From NCBI GenBank assembly GCA_026196775.1, contig JAPHUD010000031.1, positions 4,291 to 68,290 on the forward strand: 64,000 nt of DNA, written 5' to 3'. The translations under genes were made by a program, and so were the position numbers. The notes under the pieces were generated by a model, which saw only the letters and a list, made by a program, of their open reading frames with translations, ran no database searches and was not told the origin of the DNA. Shown here one piece after another: positions 17,136 through 28,317 of the stretch (the first letter of the stretch is position 1; each line of letters begins with the position of its first letter). Source of the stretch: Flavobacteriales bacterium (GTDB lineage: Bacteria; Bacteroidota; Bacteroidia; Flavobacteriales_E; Vicingaceae).

Positions 17136-19292
17136 CTAATAATAACCTTCTTCTATCAATTCAAAATCGAGTTGTTTTTTTACTAAATCAGCACGTTTTA
17201 CTTTAATTTTTACTTCATCACCCATTCGGTATTCTTTTCCAGTTTTTCTACCTTTAGCACAATAGTTATCTTTATCAAATGAGTAATAATCGCTAGCAAT
17301 ATCTTGCATTCTTACCATTCCCTCACACATGTTTTCGATGATTTCTACATAAATTCCCCATTCGCTAACTCCAGAAATAATTCCCATAAACTCTTCTCCG
17401 ATTTTATCTTGTAAGAATTCTACCTGTTTGTATTTAATAGATTTTCTTTCTGCTTCAGAAGCTAACATTTCCATATCCGAAGAGTGTTTACATTGCTCTT
17501 CTAGTTTAGCAGGGTTTACATCTCCACCGCCATCTAAATAATGTTGTAATAAGCGGTGAGCCATTACATCAGGATATCTTCGTATAGGAGAAGTGAAATG
17601 CGAATAGTGTGAAAAATTTAATCCGTAATGTCCTACATTTTTGGTAGAATAAATTGCCTTTGCCATTGTTCTAATGGTAAGTTGCTCTATCATATTCTCC
17701 TCAGCTTTTCCTTTTACTTCTTCTAATAAATGGTTGATGGAGTTAGCAACTTCTTTTCCTCCTGTAGCCAAACTGTAGCCAAATTTTTTTACAAATTCCG
17801 ATAAGGTTTGCAATTTTTCCTGATTAGGTTCATCGTGTATTCTGTAAACAAAAGTTTTAGGCTTTTTATTTTTTTCTGAGGGTTTTCCTACAAATTCAGC
17901 TACTTTTTTATTGGCTAGTAGCATAAATTCTTCAATTAATTTATTGGCATCTTTACTTTCTTTAAAATATACACCTAATGGTTTTCCGTCTTCATCAATA
18001 TGAAACTTAACTTCTAACCTATCAAAAGCGATAGATCCAGTTTGGAAACGTTTTTTACGCAACTTTTTTGCGAGTGTATCTAAAATTAAAATTTCTTCAG
18101 CAAAATCCCCTTCACCTTTTTCAATACGTTCTTGTGCTTCTTCATAAGCAAACCTTCTGTCAGAAAAAATTACTGTTCTTCCAAACCATTCACTAAGTAC
18201 TTTAGCATCATCATCCAATTCAAAAACAGCCGAAAAACAAAGTTTAGTTTCTTGTGGGCGAAGAGAACAAACGCCATTGGAAAGCATTTCGGGCAACATA
18301 GGCACTACTCTGTCCACCAAATAAATGGAAGTAGCTCTTTTGTATGCTTCTTTATCTAAAATACTATCGGGTTGAATGTAATGTGAAACATCAGCAATGT
18401 GTACACCTATTTCCCAATTTCCATTTTCCAATTTCTGAATAGATAAAGCATCATCAAAATCTTTGGCATCTGCTGGGTCTATAGTAAAAGTAGTTACTGC
18501 CCTAAAATCTCTTCGTTTTTTAATTTCCTGAGCTGTAATTTCTACAGGTAATTTTTCAGCTTCGCGTTCTACATTTGGTGGAAATTCGTAAGGCAAACCG
18601 TACTCTGCTAAAATAGCATGCATTTCAGTATCGTTTTCACCTGGTCTTCCCAAAACATCTATTATCATCCCATAAGGATTTTTCTTATTTTCTGGCCATT
18701 CGGTAATTTTAGCTACTGCTTTATCGCCATCTTTAGCTCCTTTAAGGTTTTCATTAGCAATAAAAATATCCATAGGCATTCTAGGATCATCAATAGCTAA
18801 AAAAGCAAAGTTTTTAGATTTTTGAACTACACCAATAAATTGTGTTTTAGCTCTTTGAATAACTTCAACAATTTCTCCTTCTATTTTATTACTATTCTTT
18901 TTACTTGGATAAACATTTACCCTAACAATATCTCCATTAAGGGCATTTTTAGTATTTTTTGAATGGATATAAATATCTGTATCAGCATCTTCAATAACTA
19001 CATAGGCAGAACCACTTTGAGTCATATCTACCTTGCCTTCTACAAAATTGGATGATGCTTTTAGTTTATATGCTCCTCTTTGCGGCTCAAATAATCTTCC
19101 TTGTTCTACAAGTTCGTCTAATATAATACTGATTAGCTTTTTGTTAGAAATATCTTTTATTCCTAATGCTTTGCTAACTCTTTTATAATTAAGTGCTGTA
19201 GTCGGATTTTGGTTAAAAATGGAAATAATTTGCTGTTCTAGCGTTTGTTTAAAGTTTCCTGACTTTTCTTTTTTGTTATGTTTTGGTGTCAT
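17136..19292 (-). CDS. rnr: Ribonuclease R
   Basis: OB/cold-shock N-terminal domains, RNB catalytic core (FTIDPADAKDFDDALS, YLVDRVVPMLP), and a C-terminal S1 domain (GIISGVSEWGIYVEI). Confidence 0.92.
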   Translation of the reverse strand: MTPKHNKKEKSGNFKQTLEQQIISIFNQNPTTALNYKRVSKALGIKDISNKKLISIILDELVEQGRLFEPQRGAYKLKASSNFVEGKVDMTQSGSAYVVIEDADTDIYIHSKNTKNALNGDIVRVNVYPSKKNSNKIEGEIVEVIQRAKTQFIGVVQKSKNFAFLAIDDPRMPMDIFIANENLKGAKDGDKAVAKITEWPENKKNPYGMIIDVLGRPGENDTEMHAILAEYGLPYEFPPNVEREAEKLPVEITAQEIKKRRDFRAVTTFTIDPADAKDFDDALSIQKLENGNWEIGVHIADVSHYIQPDSILDKEAYKRATSIYLVDRVVPMLPEMLSNGVCSLRPQETKLCFSAVFELDDDAKVLSEWFGRTVIFSDRRFAYEEAQERIEKGEGDFAEEILILDTLAKKLRKKRFQTGSIAFDRLEVKFHIDEDGKPLGVYFKESKDANKLIEEFMLLANKKVAEFVGKPSEKNKKPKTFVYRIHDEPNQEKLQTLSEFVKKFGYSLATGGKEVANSINHLLEEVKGKAEENMIEQLTIRTMAKAIYSTKNVGHYGLNFSHYSHFTSPIRRYPDVMAHRLLQHYLDGGGDVNPAKLEEQCKHSSDMEMLASEAERKSIKYKQVEFLQDKIGEEFMGIISGVSEWGIYVEIIENMCEGMVRMQDIASDYYSFDKDNYCAKGRKTGKEYRMGDEVKIKVKRADLVKKQLDFELIEEGYY

Positions 19293-19472
19293 ATTACAAA
19301 GTAAATACTAAAAAAGTAATATTCCTCATTTTTTAAACTCGAATTATGTTTTAGAGTATTAATTCATAGAATGATAATTAAAATTTAACCTTGCATTATA
19401 GTAGACAAAAAAACTTAGTCTCATTTTTAATTTTTTTGTAATAATTAAATCTTTTTATTTACTTTCGTTTGT

Positions 19473-20720
19473 ATGAAATGGAAATTAAATTTTATACTGC
19501 TTGCCTTAATATCTTCGTGTACAGAAAGTGAGCAAAAATCAAACAATATTATAGATATGGAGCAATTGCAGGAAGGAAGGTGGTTGATGAATTTTCAATT
19601 AACACCTGAACAACAATTGCCTGTTTTTTTCGATTTAAAAATAAATAATGAGCAAATTGATATTGTTTTCATTAATGGTGATGAAGAAGTTCCTGTAAAG
19701 AATTTTATTTTAAAAAATAATAAATTTATTGCCGAAGATCCTCTTTTTAACTCTTGGTACGAAATAGAATTTATTGACAAAAACCATATTAAAGGTAATT
19801 GGTTTAAAGACAAAGCTGATTATAAAGTGCCTTTTACATCCATTTTTACTGATAAAAAACGTTTTCCAAATACAAATAACACTTCCAAACAAGTTGATGT
19901 TAACGGAAAATGGAAGGTTGACTTTAGTGCTGACAATCCTAATCAACATTACCCAGCTATTGGCTTGTTTGAACAAAAGGGAGATAAAATTACAGGTACA
20001 TTTATTACAGAAACAGGTGATTATCGCTTTTTAGAAGGTAATGTTTACGGAAATGAAGTATTACTTTCTTGTTTTGATGGTTCACATGCTTTTTTATTTA
20101 AAGCTATTTTAGAAAATGATTCTTTAAAAGGGCAGTTTTGGTCGGGTTTACATTGGGTAGAACCTTGGGTAGGTGTTAGAGATAATGATTACGAACTTAC
20201 TCATCCCGATTCACTTACTTTTTTAAATGAAGGTTATGATAAAATAGATTTTGCCTTTGAAAATACTGAAGGGGAAACTATAAGTATAAATGATGAAAAA
20301 TATCAAGGAAAAGTAATTTTAGTAAACATTATGGGCCCTTGGTGTCCGAATTGTAAGGATGAAACAGCTTACTTAACTAAATTATATGATAGCAAAAAAG
20401 AACAAGGCTTAGAAATTATTGCTCTTTCTTTCGACAGAACAGATGACAAAGAAGTGGCAAAAAAAAATATTGAAAAAATAAAGACTCACTTTAATGCTCA
20501 ATACGATTTTCTGTTAGCAGGTAAAGCTAGTAAAATTGAGGCTGCCAAAGCATTGCCTATGTTAAATCATATTATGTCTTATCCAACTACTATTTTTATT
20601 GACAAACAAGGTAAAGTAAGAAAAATTCGCACTGGTTTTTATGGTCCAAGTACTGGAAATTATCATCTTAGATACATTGAAGCAACCAATGATTTTATAG
20701 ATAAGTTGTTGGGGGAGTAG
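19473..20720 (+). CDS. TlpA-like thiol:disulfide oxidoreductase lipoprotein
   Basis: Lipobox LALISSC. C-terminal thioredoxin fold with the WCPNC active site. Confidence 0.8.
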   Translation: MKWKLNFILLALISSCTESEQKSNNIIDMEQLQEGRWLMNFQLTPEQQLPVFFDLKINNEQIDIVFINGDEEVPVKNFILKNNKFIAEDPLFNSWYEIEFIDKNHIKGNWFKDKADYKVPFTSIFTDKKRFPNTNNTSKQVDVNGKWKVDFSADNPNQHYPAIGLFEQKGDKITGTFITETGDYRFLEGNVYGNEVLLSCFDGSHAFLFKAILENDSLKGQFWSGLHWVEPWVGVRDNDYELTHPDSLTFLNEGYDKIDFAFENTEGETISINDEKYQGKVILVNIMGPWCPNCKDETAYLTKLYDSKKEQGLEIIALSFDRTDDKEVAKKNIEKIKTHFNAQYDFLLAGKASKIEAAKALPMLNHIMSYPTTIFIDKQGKVRKIRTGFYGPSTGNYHLRYIEATNDFIDKLLGE

Positions 20721-20781
20721 AAAAAGTACTTAGGAGTACTTAGAAGTGCCTTGAGTTATAAGTTAAGGTTGGAGCAATGTT

Positions 20782-21483
20782 TTATGAGTTCAAAACTTCC
20801 GCTTCAAAAAGTATTTCAAAATGTTTTTTTAGTTTTCCTTTAACCTCTTCCATATCTACTGCTCTACCTAGTTCTTGATATATAGAAGTAACTTGTTTGT
20901 CGTCAATTCCGCAAGGAATAATATTTCCAAAATAAGATAAATCGGGATGGACATTAAAAGCAAAACCATGCATGGTTACCCATCTGCTGCAACGAACGCC
21001 CATAGCAGAAATTTTCCTTGCTTTTCTTGGGTTGTCTGCATCTAACCAAACACCTGTATAACCTTCGTATCTTCCTGCTTCAATGCCATATTCTGCTAAG
21101 GTTCTAATAATCATTTCTTCTAAAAAACGTAGGTATTTATGAATGTCTGTGAAAAACAGGTCTAAATCTAAAATGGGATAACCCACAATTTGCCCCGGAC
21201 CATGGTAAGTAATATCTCCACCACGATTAATTTTATAGTAAGTTGCTCCTTTTTGTTTTAGCATAGCTTCCGAAAGTAGCAAATGAGCTTCATCACCACT
21301 TTTTCCTAAAGTATAAACATGTGGGTGCTCGCAAAAAATTAAATGGTTCTGAGTTGGAATGTTGGTATTATCTTTTCTATTTTGAATTTTAATATCTATG
21401 GTTCCCTTAAAAAGTTGCTCTTGAAAATCCCAAGCTTCTTTGTAATCTATTAATCCTAAATCTTTAAATAAAACTTTTTGCAT
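20782..21483 (-). CDS. lipB: Lipoyl(octanoyl) transferase
   Basis: RGGDITYHGPGQIVGYPI and the AMGVRCSRWVTMHGFAFN motifs typical of LipB. Confidence 0.9.
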   Translation of the reverse strand: MQKVLFKDLGLIDYKEAWDFQEQLFKGTIDIKIQNRKDNTNIPTQNHLIFCEHPHVYTLGKSGDEAHLLLSEAMLKQKGATYYKINRGGDITYHGPGQIVGYPILDLDLFFTDIHKYLRFLEEMIIRTLAEYGIEAGRYEGYTGVWLDADNPRKARKISAMGVRCSRWVTMHGFAFNVHPDLSYFGNIIPCGIDDKQVTSIYQELGRAVDMEEVKGKLKKHFEILFEAEVLNS

Positions 21484-21501
21484 ATTATGTTATTTGGCTT
21501 T

Positions 21502-22650
21502 TTATTGCTGAAGAGCAAAGTCTAAATAGTGATATAAATCTACTGGATGATAATTTGGTAAATTTTCTCCTCTTTTGTTTCCTAACCTAACAATTACCAG
21601 TCGTTTTTCAGGAACAGTAATAATATACTGCCCTTGAATACCTCTTGCATAAAAAACCCTCATATTTTTATGTTCGCCCGTCCATAATTGAAACCCATAA
21701 AAATCTACCATTTTACCGTTAGTATCTTTTAATCCTTGACGATAATTCATGGCTTGTTTAAGGTATTCTTCACTAATTATGGTTTGTCCATTCCATTTGC
21801 CTTTATTAATTATTAACTGACCAATACGAGCAAAATCTCTAGCATTGGAATAGAAACAACAATAGGCTTTTTCTCTACCATTTTCGCTATCTAAATTCCA
21901 AAGAGCTGCATTTTTAGCTCCTAAAGGCTTCCAGATTTTCTCACTCATGTATTCTGAAATGTTTTGACCAGTAGCTTTTTCTAAAACAAAAGAAAGGATA
22001 AGTGTATTTCCGCCCAAGTAACGCCAAGTTTTACCAGGAGTTTCCGTTACTTCATAATTTTTGTTTAATTCATATAAATCTGTTCCGTAATATGCTTTCG
22101 CCATGTGTCCGAAGGGACTTTTATAATCTTCATCAAAATTAATTCCTGAACTCATATTAAGCAGGTGTTTAATTGTAAGTTCAGGATGATTTTTATATTC
22201 TGGTAAATAATCAGAGACAGGATCGTTTATGCTTTTTATTTTTTCTTCATCTATGGCAATACCAATTAATAAAGCAATAAATGTTTTAGCAACAGAAAAA
22301 GAATTGGTTAATGAATTTTGGTCATATCCTTTCCAATATTTCTCATAAACTAACTCACTATCTTTTACTACTAAAAATGCAATGGGGTCAAATTTTTCAA
22401 TCTCTTTAAGGAGATTTTCATCAACTTTTTTGTTATAATCTTTGCTGATTAACCATGGGGTATAAGCTCCTGCTTCAACTTTTCTGTTTTCAAAAATAGG
22501 GTGTTCATTTATGCTTGGACCAGACTTTCCAACGAAATAGGTGGTGGAAACAGCCTTAAATAAATGTTGATTCCCGGTAATAACAGCTAATAAAGAAGCT
22601 AGTGCTATAAGTGCCACTAGACCGACTAAAATTCTTTTTAACCAACGCAT
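21502..22650 (-). CDS. Serine hydrolase of the beta-lactamase/transpeptidase-like superfamily
   Basis: N-terminal TM anchor. S-x-x-K motif in FSVAKTF. Overall class-C-like layout. Confidence 0.75.
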   Translation of the reverse strand: MRWLKRILVGLVALIALASLLAVITGNQHLFKAVSTTYFVGKSGPSINEHPIFENRKVEAGAYTPWLISKDYNKKVDENLLKEIEKFDPIAFLVVKDSELVYEKYWKGYDQNSLTNSFSVAKTFIALLIGIAIDEEKIKSINDPVSDYLPEYKNHPELTIKHLLNMSSGINFDEDYKSPFGHMAKAYYGTDLYELNKNYEVTETPGKTWRYLGGNTLILSFVLEKATGQNISEYMSEKIWKPLGAKNAALWNLDSENGREKAYCCFYSNARDFARIGQLIINKGKWNGQTIISEEYLKQAMNYRQGLKDTNGKMVDFYGFQLWTGEHKNMRVFYARGIQGQYIITVPEKRLVIVRLGNKRGENLPNYHPVDLYHYLDFALQQ

Positions 22651-22666
22651 AAGGTAATTTTTAATG

Positions 22667-22674
22667 CAAAACTA
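22667..22674 (-). promoter_or_regulatory. -7 box TAgtTTTG upstream of the serine hydrolase-lipB pair
   Basis: The + strand reads caaaacta, 16 nt upstream of ATG 22650. Confidence 0.35.
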
Positions 22675-22831
22675 AGGCAATTTCTTTGTATAAGACTAAA
22701 ATTAGCTGTTTTTAACAACAAAACTGTATTAACGTTGGGTTGTTAATTGTTTCATCATTAATAGTATATTGGGGGCTACATAACTACTTAATTTTAGCAG
22801 TTAATATACACCTTGTGATTTTAATACAGTT

Positions 22832-25564
22832 ATGACAAAAAAAATATTAATCTTAATTTTTGTTTTGTTATTGGGAGCCGTTGGTTTTATTGGCTATAAT
22901 TTTTATAAAAACGTTAAACAACCCATTACTAGCAATGCGATTATAGCTGTTCCGCAAAATGCAGCTCTGTTGTTAAAAGAAAAAAATTTTACCGCTTTTT
23001 ATAAAAAAATTGCTTCTACCAATATTATTTGGGAAGAACTCACCAACAATACCAACACTTTTAAATCTATTAATAAGCAAGCAACATTTTTAGATTCTGT
23101 TTTATCTATTAATGAAGTAAGTGCTGTAATGGCAGAAAAATCTATGTTAATGTCCATGCACTTATCTGGAGCCAACAGTTACGATTTTGTTTTTTATTTT
23201 TCTACTTTACCTAATATTGATGAAAATAATGTATTGACTTTGCTTAAGTCTAAACTAAATCTAAATCCTTCATCAAGAAATTATGATGGAAAAAACATTT
23301 ACAGCATCAGTAAAGATGATACTAAATTGTTTTTTGCTTTCGATAAATCTGTTTTTGCTATTAGCCACAGTTCTCTGCTTATTGAAGATGTTATTCGTCA
23401 GTTAAAAAGTGAAACATCATTATTAAATGACCAAGCTTTTAATAATATTCTTAACACAACAGGCGAAGTTCCCGATGGAAATATTTTTATTAATCACCAA
23501 AGGCTACCCAAACTATTAGCTCAACCTGTTCTTCAACAATATAAAGAAAAAGTATCTAAAGCTACTAACTATGCATCTTGGAGTGCGTTAGACATTACTT
23601 TAAAATCTAACTCTATTATGCTAAATGGTTTTACTACAGTAGATGCTCAAAGCAATCAGTTTTTATCACTTTTTGCAAATCAAACCAACACCTTGGGCGG
23701 ACCAAAAATTAATCTTACCAAAGTTATCCCTGCTAATACGGCACTTTTATATTATTACAGTTTTAGCAATTCAGAAAAGTTTTTTAAAAACAGAAAATCA
23801 TGGTTAAAACAAAACAACACTTATTTTGATTATGAAAAATATATTGACGCAATAAGTGGAGCTCATGGAATTGATGTTGAAGCAGAGTTAGTTGCTAATG
23901 TTGCTAATGAACTAGCTTTTGTAATTACAGAACCGCTTAATGAAGATTTAATGGGGAATAGTTTTGTTCTTTTTCGAGTAAATAATTTAGAAAAAGCCAA
24001 AGAAAATTTACAAGCAATTCAACAAAAAACAAATTTACAAAATACTACAGAAGATGAGCAAGATCCTCAGCAATTAAACTTTCAGTTGCATTTTAGTCAG
24101 TTATTTGGAAAACCTTTTTTAGACATTAATCAACCATATTATTTGTTTATTGATGATTATTTGGTTTTTGGAGAAACCGAAACAGGTATTAATGAGTTTT
24201 ATAAAAACTATTTGGCAGAAAAAACACTTCAAAATGATGCTAATTTTCAATCATTTAATGACCAATTATCTAGCAGTGCCTCCATATTTGTATATAACAA
24301 CATAGCCCGTTCGGTACATTGGTATAAAACATTTGTAGAGGAAGGTTATATTCCAGAAATAGATAGCAATTTAGCATTTATTAGAAAGTTTGAAGCAATT
24401 GCTTTTCAGGTTTCTCCTCAAAAAGACAAGTTGTTTTACAATAACATTTACTTTAAATATAACCCTGTTTACAAACAAGACACAAGAACTTTGTGGGAGG
24501 TTGTTTTAGATACTGTAGTAGCAACTGCTCCTCAAATAGTGCTGAACCACCAAACACAAACTAAAGAAGTAATAGTGCAAGATGAAAGCAATAAACTTTA
24601 CCTTATTAGCACTAACGGAAAAACTTTGTGGACCAAACAACTTGGTGAGCGTATTGTCGGAAAAATTCATCAAATAGATATCTATAAAAACAATAAATTA
24701 CAACTGCTATTTTCCACTAAAAGTAAAATTTACTTACTCGATAGAAACGGTAAAAATGTAAACAAATTCCCTGTTGAACTTAAAGCTGAAGCCACAACTC
24801 CTGTGAGTCCGTTAGACTACGATAAAAACAGAAATTATCGTATTTTAATTGGCTGTAGTAACAACATCGTGTATAATTATGATATTAATGGCGATTTGGT
24901 AAAAGGTTGGGAATATGACGCCTCTAAAAGCTCCCCAAGCGGCATCATTAAACATTTTATAATTGGCAACAAAGATTATATAGTTATCCCTACTAAAAAC
25001 GGAACGGTGAAAGTTGTTCAACGAAATGGTAAAGACCGTTTGCAATTAAAGTCTACTTTACCAATAGCACCCAATGAAGTATTTTTAAAAGTAGAAAATA
25101 ACTTAGCATCCTCTTATTTGATTTGTGCAGATTCTTCGGGAAATGTAGTAAAATTATTTTTTAATGATAAGTTAGAAACCTTAAAACTTACCTCAGAAAA
25201 CAATACAGATTTTTATAGTTTTAGTCCCACTAATATAAGTCCTACAGCTAATTCATGTAGCCATATTTTTACCGTAAAAAATCAAGTTGTTGTTAGCGAT
25301 AATGCTGCCAATCAGTTATTCAAAATAGAAGTTCCTGAAGCAATTACTCGTCAGCCATTAATATTTTCTTTGCCTGATAAAAGTAAAAAAGTAGGTATAG
25401 TTACCGCTTCTAATATTTATTTAATAAATGATGCTGGAACAATTGAAAGTGATTTTCCATTAAGTGGATCTACGCCATTTATGATAGAAGATATTAATAA
25501 TGACAATACACTTAACTTAGTTGTTGGCGATAATAAACTGATATTTTTGTATAATTTGAAATAA
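22832..25564 (+). CDS. Membrane-anchored hypothetical protein, 910 aa, with a C-terminal propeller/FG-GAP-like region
   Basis: N-terminal TM KKILILIFVLLLGAVGFIGYNFY. The C-terminal third has repeated beta-blade-like segments ending in IEDINNDNTLNLVVGD. Confidence 0.6.
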   Translation: MTKKILILIFVLLLGAVGFIGYNFYKNVKQPITSNAIIAVPQNAALLLKEKNFTAFYKKIASTNIIWEELTNNTNTFKSINKQATFLDSVLSINEVSAVMAEKSMLMSMHLSGANSYDFVFYFSTLPNIDENNVLTLLKSKLNLNPSSRNYDGKNIYSISKDDTKLFFAFDKSVFAISHSSLLIEDVIRQLKSETSLLNDQAFNNILNTTGEVPDGNIFINHQRLPKLLAQPVLQQYKEKVSKATNYASWSALDITLKSNSIMLNGFTTVDAQSNQFLSLFANQTNTLGGPKINLTKVIPANTALLYYYSFSNSEKFFKNRKSWLKQNNTYFDYEKYIDAISGAHGIDVEAELVANVANELAFVITEPLNEDLMGNSFVLFRVNNLEKAKENLQAIQQKTNLQNTTEDEQDPQQLNFQLHFSQLFGKPFLDINQPYYLFIDDYLVFGETETGINEFYKNYLAEKTLQNDANFQSFNDQLSSSASIFVYNNIARSVHWYKTFVEEGYIPEIDSNLAFIRKFEAIAFQVSPQKDKLFYNNIYFKYNPVYKQDTRTLWEVVLDTVVATAPQIVLNHQTQTKEVIVQDESNKLYLISTNGKTLWTKQLGERIVGKIHQIDIYKNNKLQLLFSTKSKIYLLDRNGKNVNKFPVELKAEATTPVSPLDYDKNRNYRILIGCSNNIVYNYDINGDLVKGWEYDASKSSPSGIIKHFIIGNKDYIVIPTKNGTVKVVQRNGKDRLQLKSTLPIAPNEVFLKVENNLASSYLICADSSGNVVKLFFNDKLETLKLTSENNTDFYSFSPTNISPTANSCSHIFTVKNQVVVSDNAANQLFKIEVPEAITRQPLIFSLPDKSKKVGIVTASNIYLINDAGTIESDFPLSGSTPFMIEDINNDNTLNLVVGDNKLIFLYNLK

Positions 25565-25568
25565 TCAT

Positions 25569-27539
25569 GTGCAAAAGCACACAAGTAGTAATGAGAATAA
25601 TTTAAGTATCTTTGATTCAAAACACCACCTTATCAAACAATTTCTACATATAAATTTGCGATTAAAGATTTTTTCAAATGGTTTGAGGTGCTTGGTATTT
25701 TTTCTTTTCTTTTTCAATACACTTTCTGGGTTTTCACAATTAAAAACCCAAAACAAGCTATTGGTAGGTAGGTTAGAACTTTCTGAAAAACAATATGAAA
25801 ATGCCATTCAGAAATTTAATTATGTTATTGAAAACTACCCTCCCAACTACGAACCATATTATTATAGAGGTATTGCTAAACTTGAACTTGGCGATATTTT
25901 AGGAGCAGAAACAGATTTTAGTGAAGCTATTAAATTACGCCCCCTAAAAACAGATTTATACATTATTAGAGGTTCGGCTCGTGAGCGACTAAAAAACTAT
26001 GATGGTGCTTTTGAAGATTTTAATAAAGCCCTTGAACTGAACCCTATAAATCCAGATATTTATTTAAACAGGGCATTGGTTTACAATTATTTAAATCAAT
26101 ATGACAACTCCATTGATGATTGTAATAAAGCCATTCATTATGGATCAAGAAAAGAAATAACTTATATTATTAGAGGGATGTCAAAATTAGGTAACAAACA
26201 ATACAGGGAAGCTATTGCCGATTTCGATTTTATATTAGCAAACAACAAATTTAACGCTTCTTCTTATGTGCGAAAAGCAACCGCTCACTATTATTTAGAA
26301 AATTACGATACTGCCCAAGCCAATATTCAAATTGCATTACAAATAGAACCCGAAAATACCTATGCTTATTTTCAACAAGCTATGATTTTTATAAAACAAG
26401 AACAACCTGAAGAAGCATTAAAAAGTTTATCAAAAGTAATTAGTATTTCTCCTGAATCAGCTACAGCTTATTACAACCGAGCCATCTTATATGCTGATAA
26501 AAAAGATTATAAAAATGCACTGAAAGACTATGATAAAGTTATTTTATTAAGTCCGAATAATATTTTAGCATATTACAACCGAGCCGCCATTTTAAATCAG
26601 TTAAAAAAATATAGCGAAAGTTTGGCTGATATTGAACAAGCAATAGCTCTTTACCCCGATTTTGTTGATGGCTACAAATTACGTAGTAATATTTACAGGC
26701 AAATTGGTAACCTTAAACAAGCAGAAATTGATATGGAAACAGCTCAGTTAATCAATAAAACTAAAAACAATGTTTCGGATAGTTTAAAACAAGTTGAAGA
26801 AGAATTTTTAGTCAAATTAACTGCTTTTAGTAATAACACTAACGAGAATGTTACTAAATATAGCGACCAAAATATCTCCTTATCAGCTCCTTATTATATT
26901 AGTTTATTAGCTCAAAATAAAAGCAAGCAAATTATTGATTCGTGGAATGAAAGTTATAAATCTTATACACCTTATTTTATTTTAAAAATGGATGATGAAG
27001 AGGTTTTGGACACACAACAAAAAGAAAAAAAGCTACATTTTATTAATGATAAAATAAACAAAATGCCCAACAATGCTGAGCTATACATTCAGCGAGGCGT
27101 AATTTATGCCTCTTTAAAACAAAATGAAAAAGCTATTTTAGATTTTAACAAATCCTTACATCTTGATAAAAATTACTACTTAGCTTATTTTGCTCGAGCC
27201 AACTTGTTTCATCAAATGCTTAACGAAACAGAAAATGCCAACATTAATATTGATATGATAATTAAAGATTACAATAAGGCGATTGAGTTAAACCCTGAAT
27301 TTAAATATGCTGCTTTTAACCGAGCAATTTTATATTTTCAATTATCAAAATACATTAATGCTATTGAAGATTTTAGTACGGCCATTGAGTTAGATAACAG
27401 TTTTTCTGAAGCTTATTTAAATCGTGGATTAATCTTACTTATCCTAAACAACCACGAACAAGCTTGTAAAGACCTCAGTAGAGCAGGAGAGTTAGGTTTA
27501 GGGAGTGTTTATTTATTAATTAATAGGTATTGTAATTAG
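25569..27539 (+). CDS. Tetratricopeptide-repeat protein (many TPR units)
   Basis: Repeated A-x-x-D-F/Y-x-x-A-I-x-L-x-P-x-x-x-x-A-Y-x-N-R units. A hydrophobic segment LRCLVFFLFFFNTLSGFSQ suggests export. An in-frame TTG at 25656 is an alternative start. Confidence 0.75.
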   Translation: MQKHTSSNENNLSIFDSKHHLIKQFLHINLRLKIFSNGLRCLVFFLFFFNTLSGFSQLKTQNKLLVGRLELSEKQYENAIQKFNYVIENYPPNYEPYYYRGIAKLELGDILGAETDFSEAIKLRPLKTDLYIIRGSARERLKNYDGAFEDFNKALELNPINPDIYLNRALVYNYLNQYDNSIDDCNKAIHYGSRKEITYIIRGMSKLGNKQYREAIADFDFILANNKFNASSYVRKATAHYYLENYDTAQANIQIALQIEPENTYAYFQQAMIFIKQEQPEEALKSLSKVISISPESATAYYNRAILYADKKDYKNALKDYDKVILLSPNNILAYYNRAAILNQLKKYSESLADIEQAIALYPDFVDGYKLRSNIYRQIGNLKQAEIDMETAQLINKTKNNVSDSLKQVEEEFLVKLTAFSNNTNENVTKYSDQNISLSAPYYISLLAQNKSKQIIDSWNESYKSYTPYFILKMDDEEVLDTQQKEKKLHFINDKINKMPNNAELYIQRGVIYASLKQNEKAILDFNKSLHLDKNYYLAYFARANLFHQMLNETENANINIDMIIKDYNKAIELNPEFKYAAFNRAILYFQLSKYINAIEDFSTAIELDNSFSEAYLNRGLILLILNNHEQACKDLSRAGELGLGSVYLLINRYCN

Positions 27540-27578
27540 CTTATTGGGTTTACTGCACCAAACACGAAGCCTCAAACT

Positions 27579-28292
27579 TTACTCTTTCTTTTGTTCTATT
27601 TTATTTTTGTTACTGCCTTTTAGTGGAACTGCCTCTTCTCTGAAAAGAATATCAATAGCATCTGTTAAGTCTTTTTTCATTTCAGAAAATACTGTTCCAT
27701 CAAAATAACCTCTTACCCTGCCTTGTTTGTCCACCAAAATAAGCAGTTGAGAATGTAAAAAACCACCCTCTGCAATAGAATCTTTGGCAACATTTACAAA
27801 AAACCCGTTAAAAGCAATGTCGTAAATTTCATCTTTATCACCAGTTACAAAATCCCAATTATCAGTGTTGGCATGTACTTTTTTAGCATACTCTTTAAGT
27901 ACAGGCACAGAATCTGCTTCAGGGTTTACAGTTATTGATAAAAACCTCAGCTCTTTTCTGTCGGAAAACTTGTCTTGTACATACCTCATATTGGTTGTCA
28001 TTTTAGGACAAATGGTGGGACAAGTAACAAAAAAGAAATCAGCTACATACACATTGCCCAACATATCATCTCGAGTAACTTTTTTACCATCCTGATTGAT
28101 AAACTCAAAATAAGGAATTTGATGATAGGTGGTATCAAAGCTTCCATCGGGATTTTCTACAGCAGTTTTATTACCATAAACTGGTAGTCTTGTAAAGTTA
28201 TGCTCTCCTGTATAAAGCAATAAATAAAATAAAGATGGTAATACTAAAATTGCTATTAAAATACCGAATTTTTTAAATTGAGATGAAGCCAT
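27579..28292 (-). CDS. SCO1/SenC-family copper chaperone / thiol-disulfide protein
   Basis: N-terminal TM. CxxxC in FFFVTCPTICP. Thioredoxin-like fold. Confidence 0.85.
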   Translation of the reverse strand: MASSQFKKFGILIAILVLPSLFYLLLYTGEHNFTRLPVYGNKTAVENPDGSFDTTYHQIPYFEFINQDGKKVTRDDMLGNVYVADFFFVTCPTICPKMTTNMRYVQDKFSDRKELRFLSITVNPEADSVPVLKEYAKKVHANTDNWDFVTGDKDEIYDIAFNGFFVNVAKDSIAEGGFLHSQLLILVDKQGRVRGYFDGTVFSEMKKDLTDAIDILFREEAVPLKGSNKNKIEQKKE

Positions 28293-28317
28293 TGTATGTT
28301 ACAAATTAAAGAGTCAA

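Noticed and set aside
20724-20743. Hairpin aagtact-tagg-agtactt between the TlpA-like gene and lipB as a terminator
   Set aside because: It has only 7 bp, is AT-rich, has no U-run, and overlaps a direct repeat (agtacttag twice). That is too weak to call.
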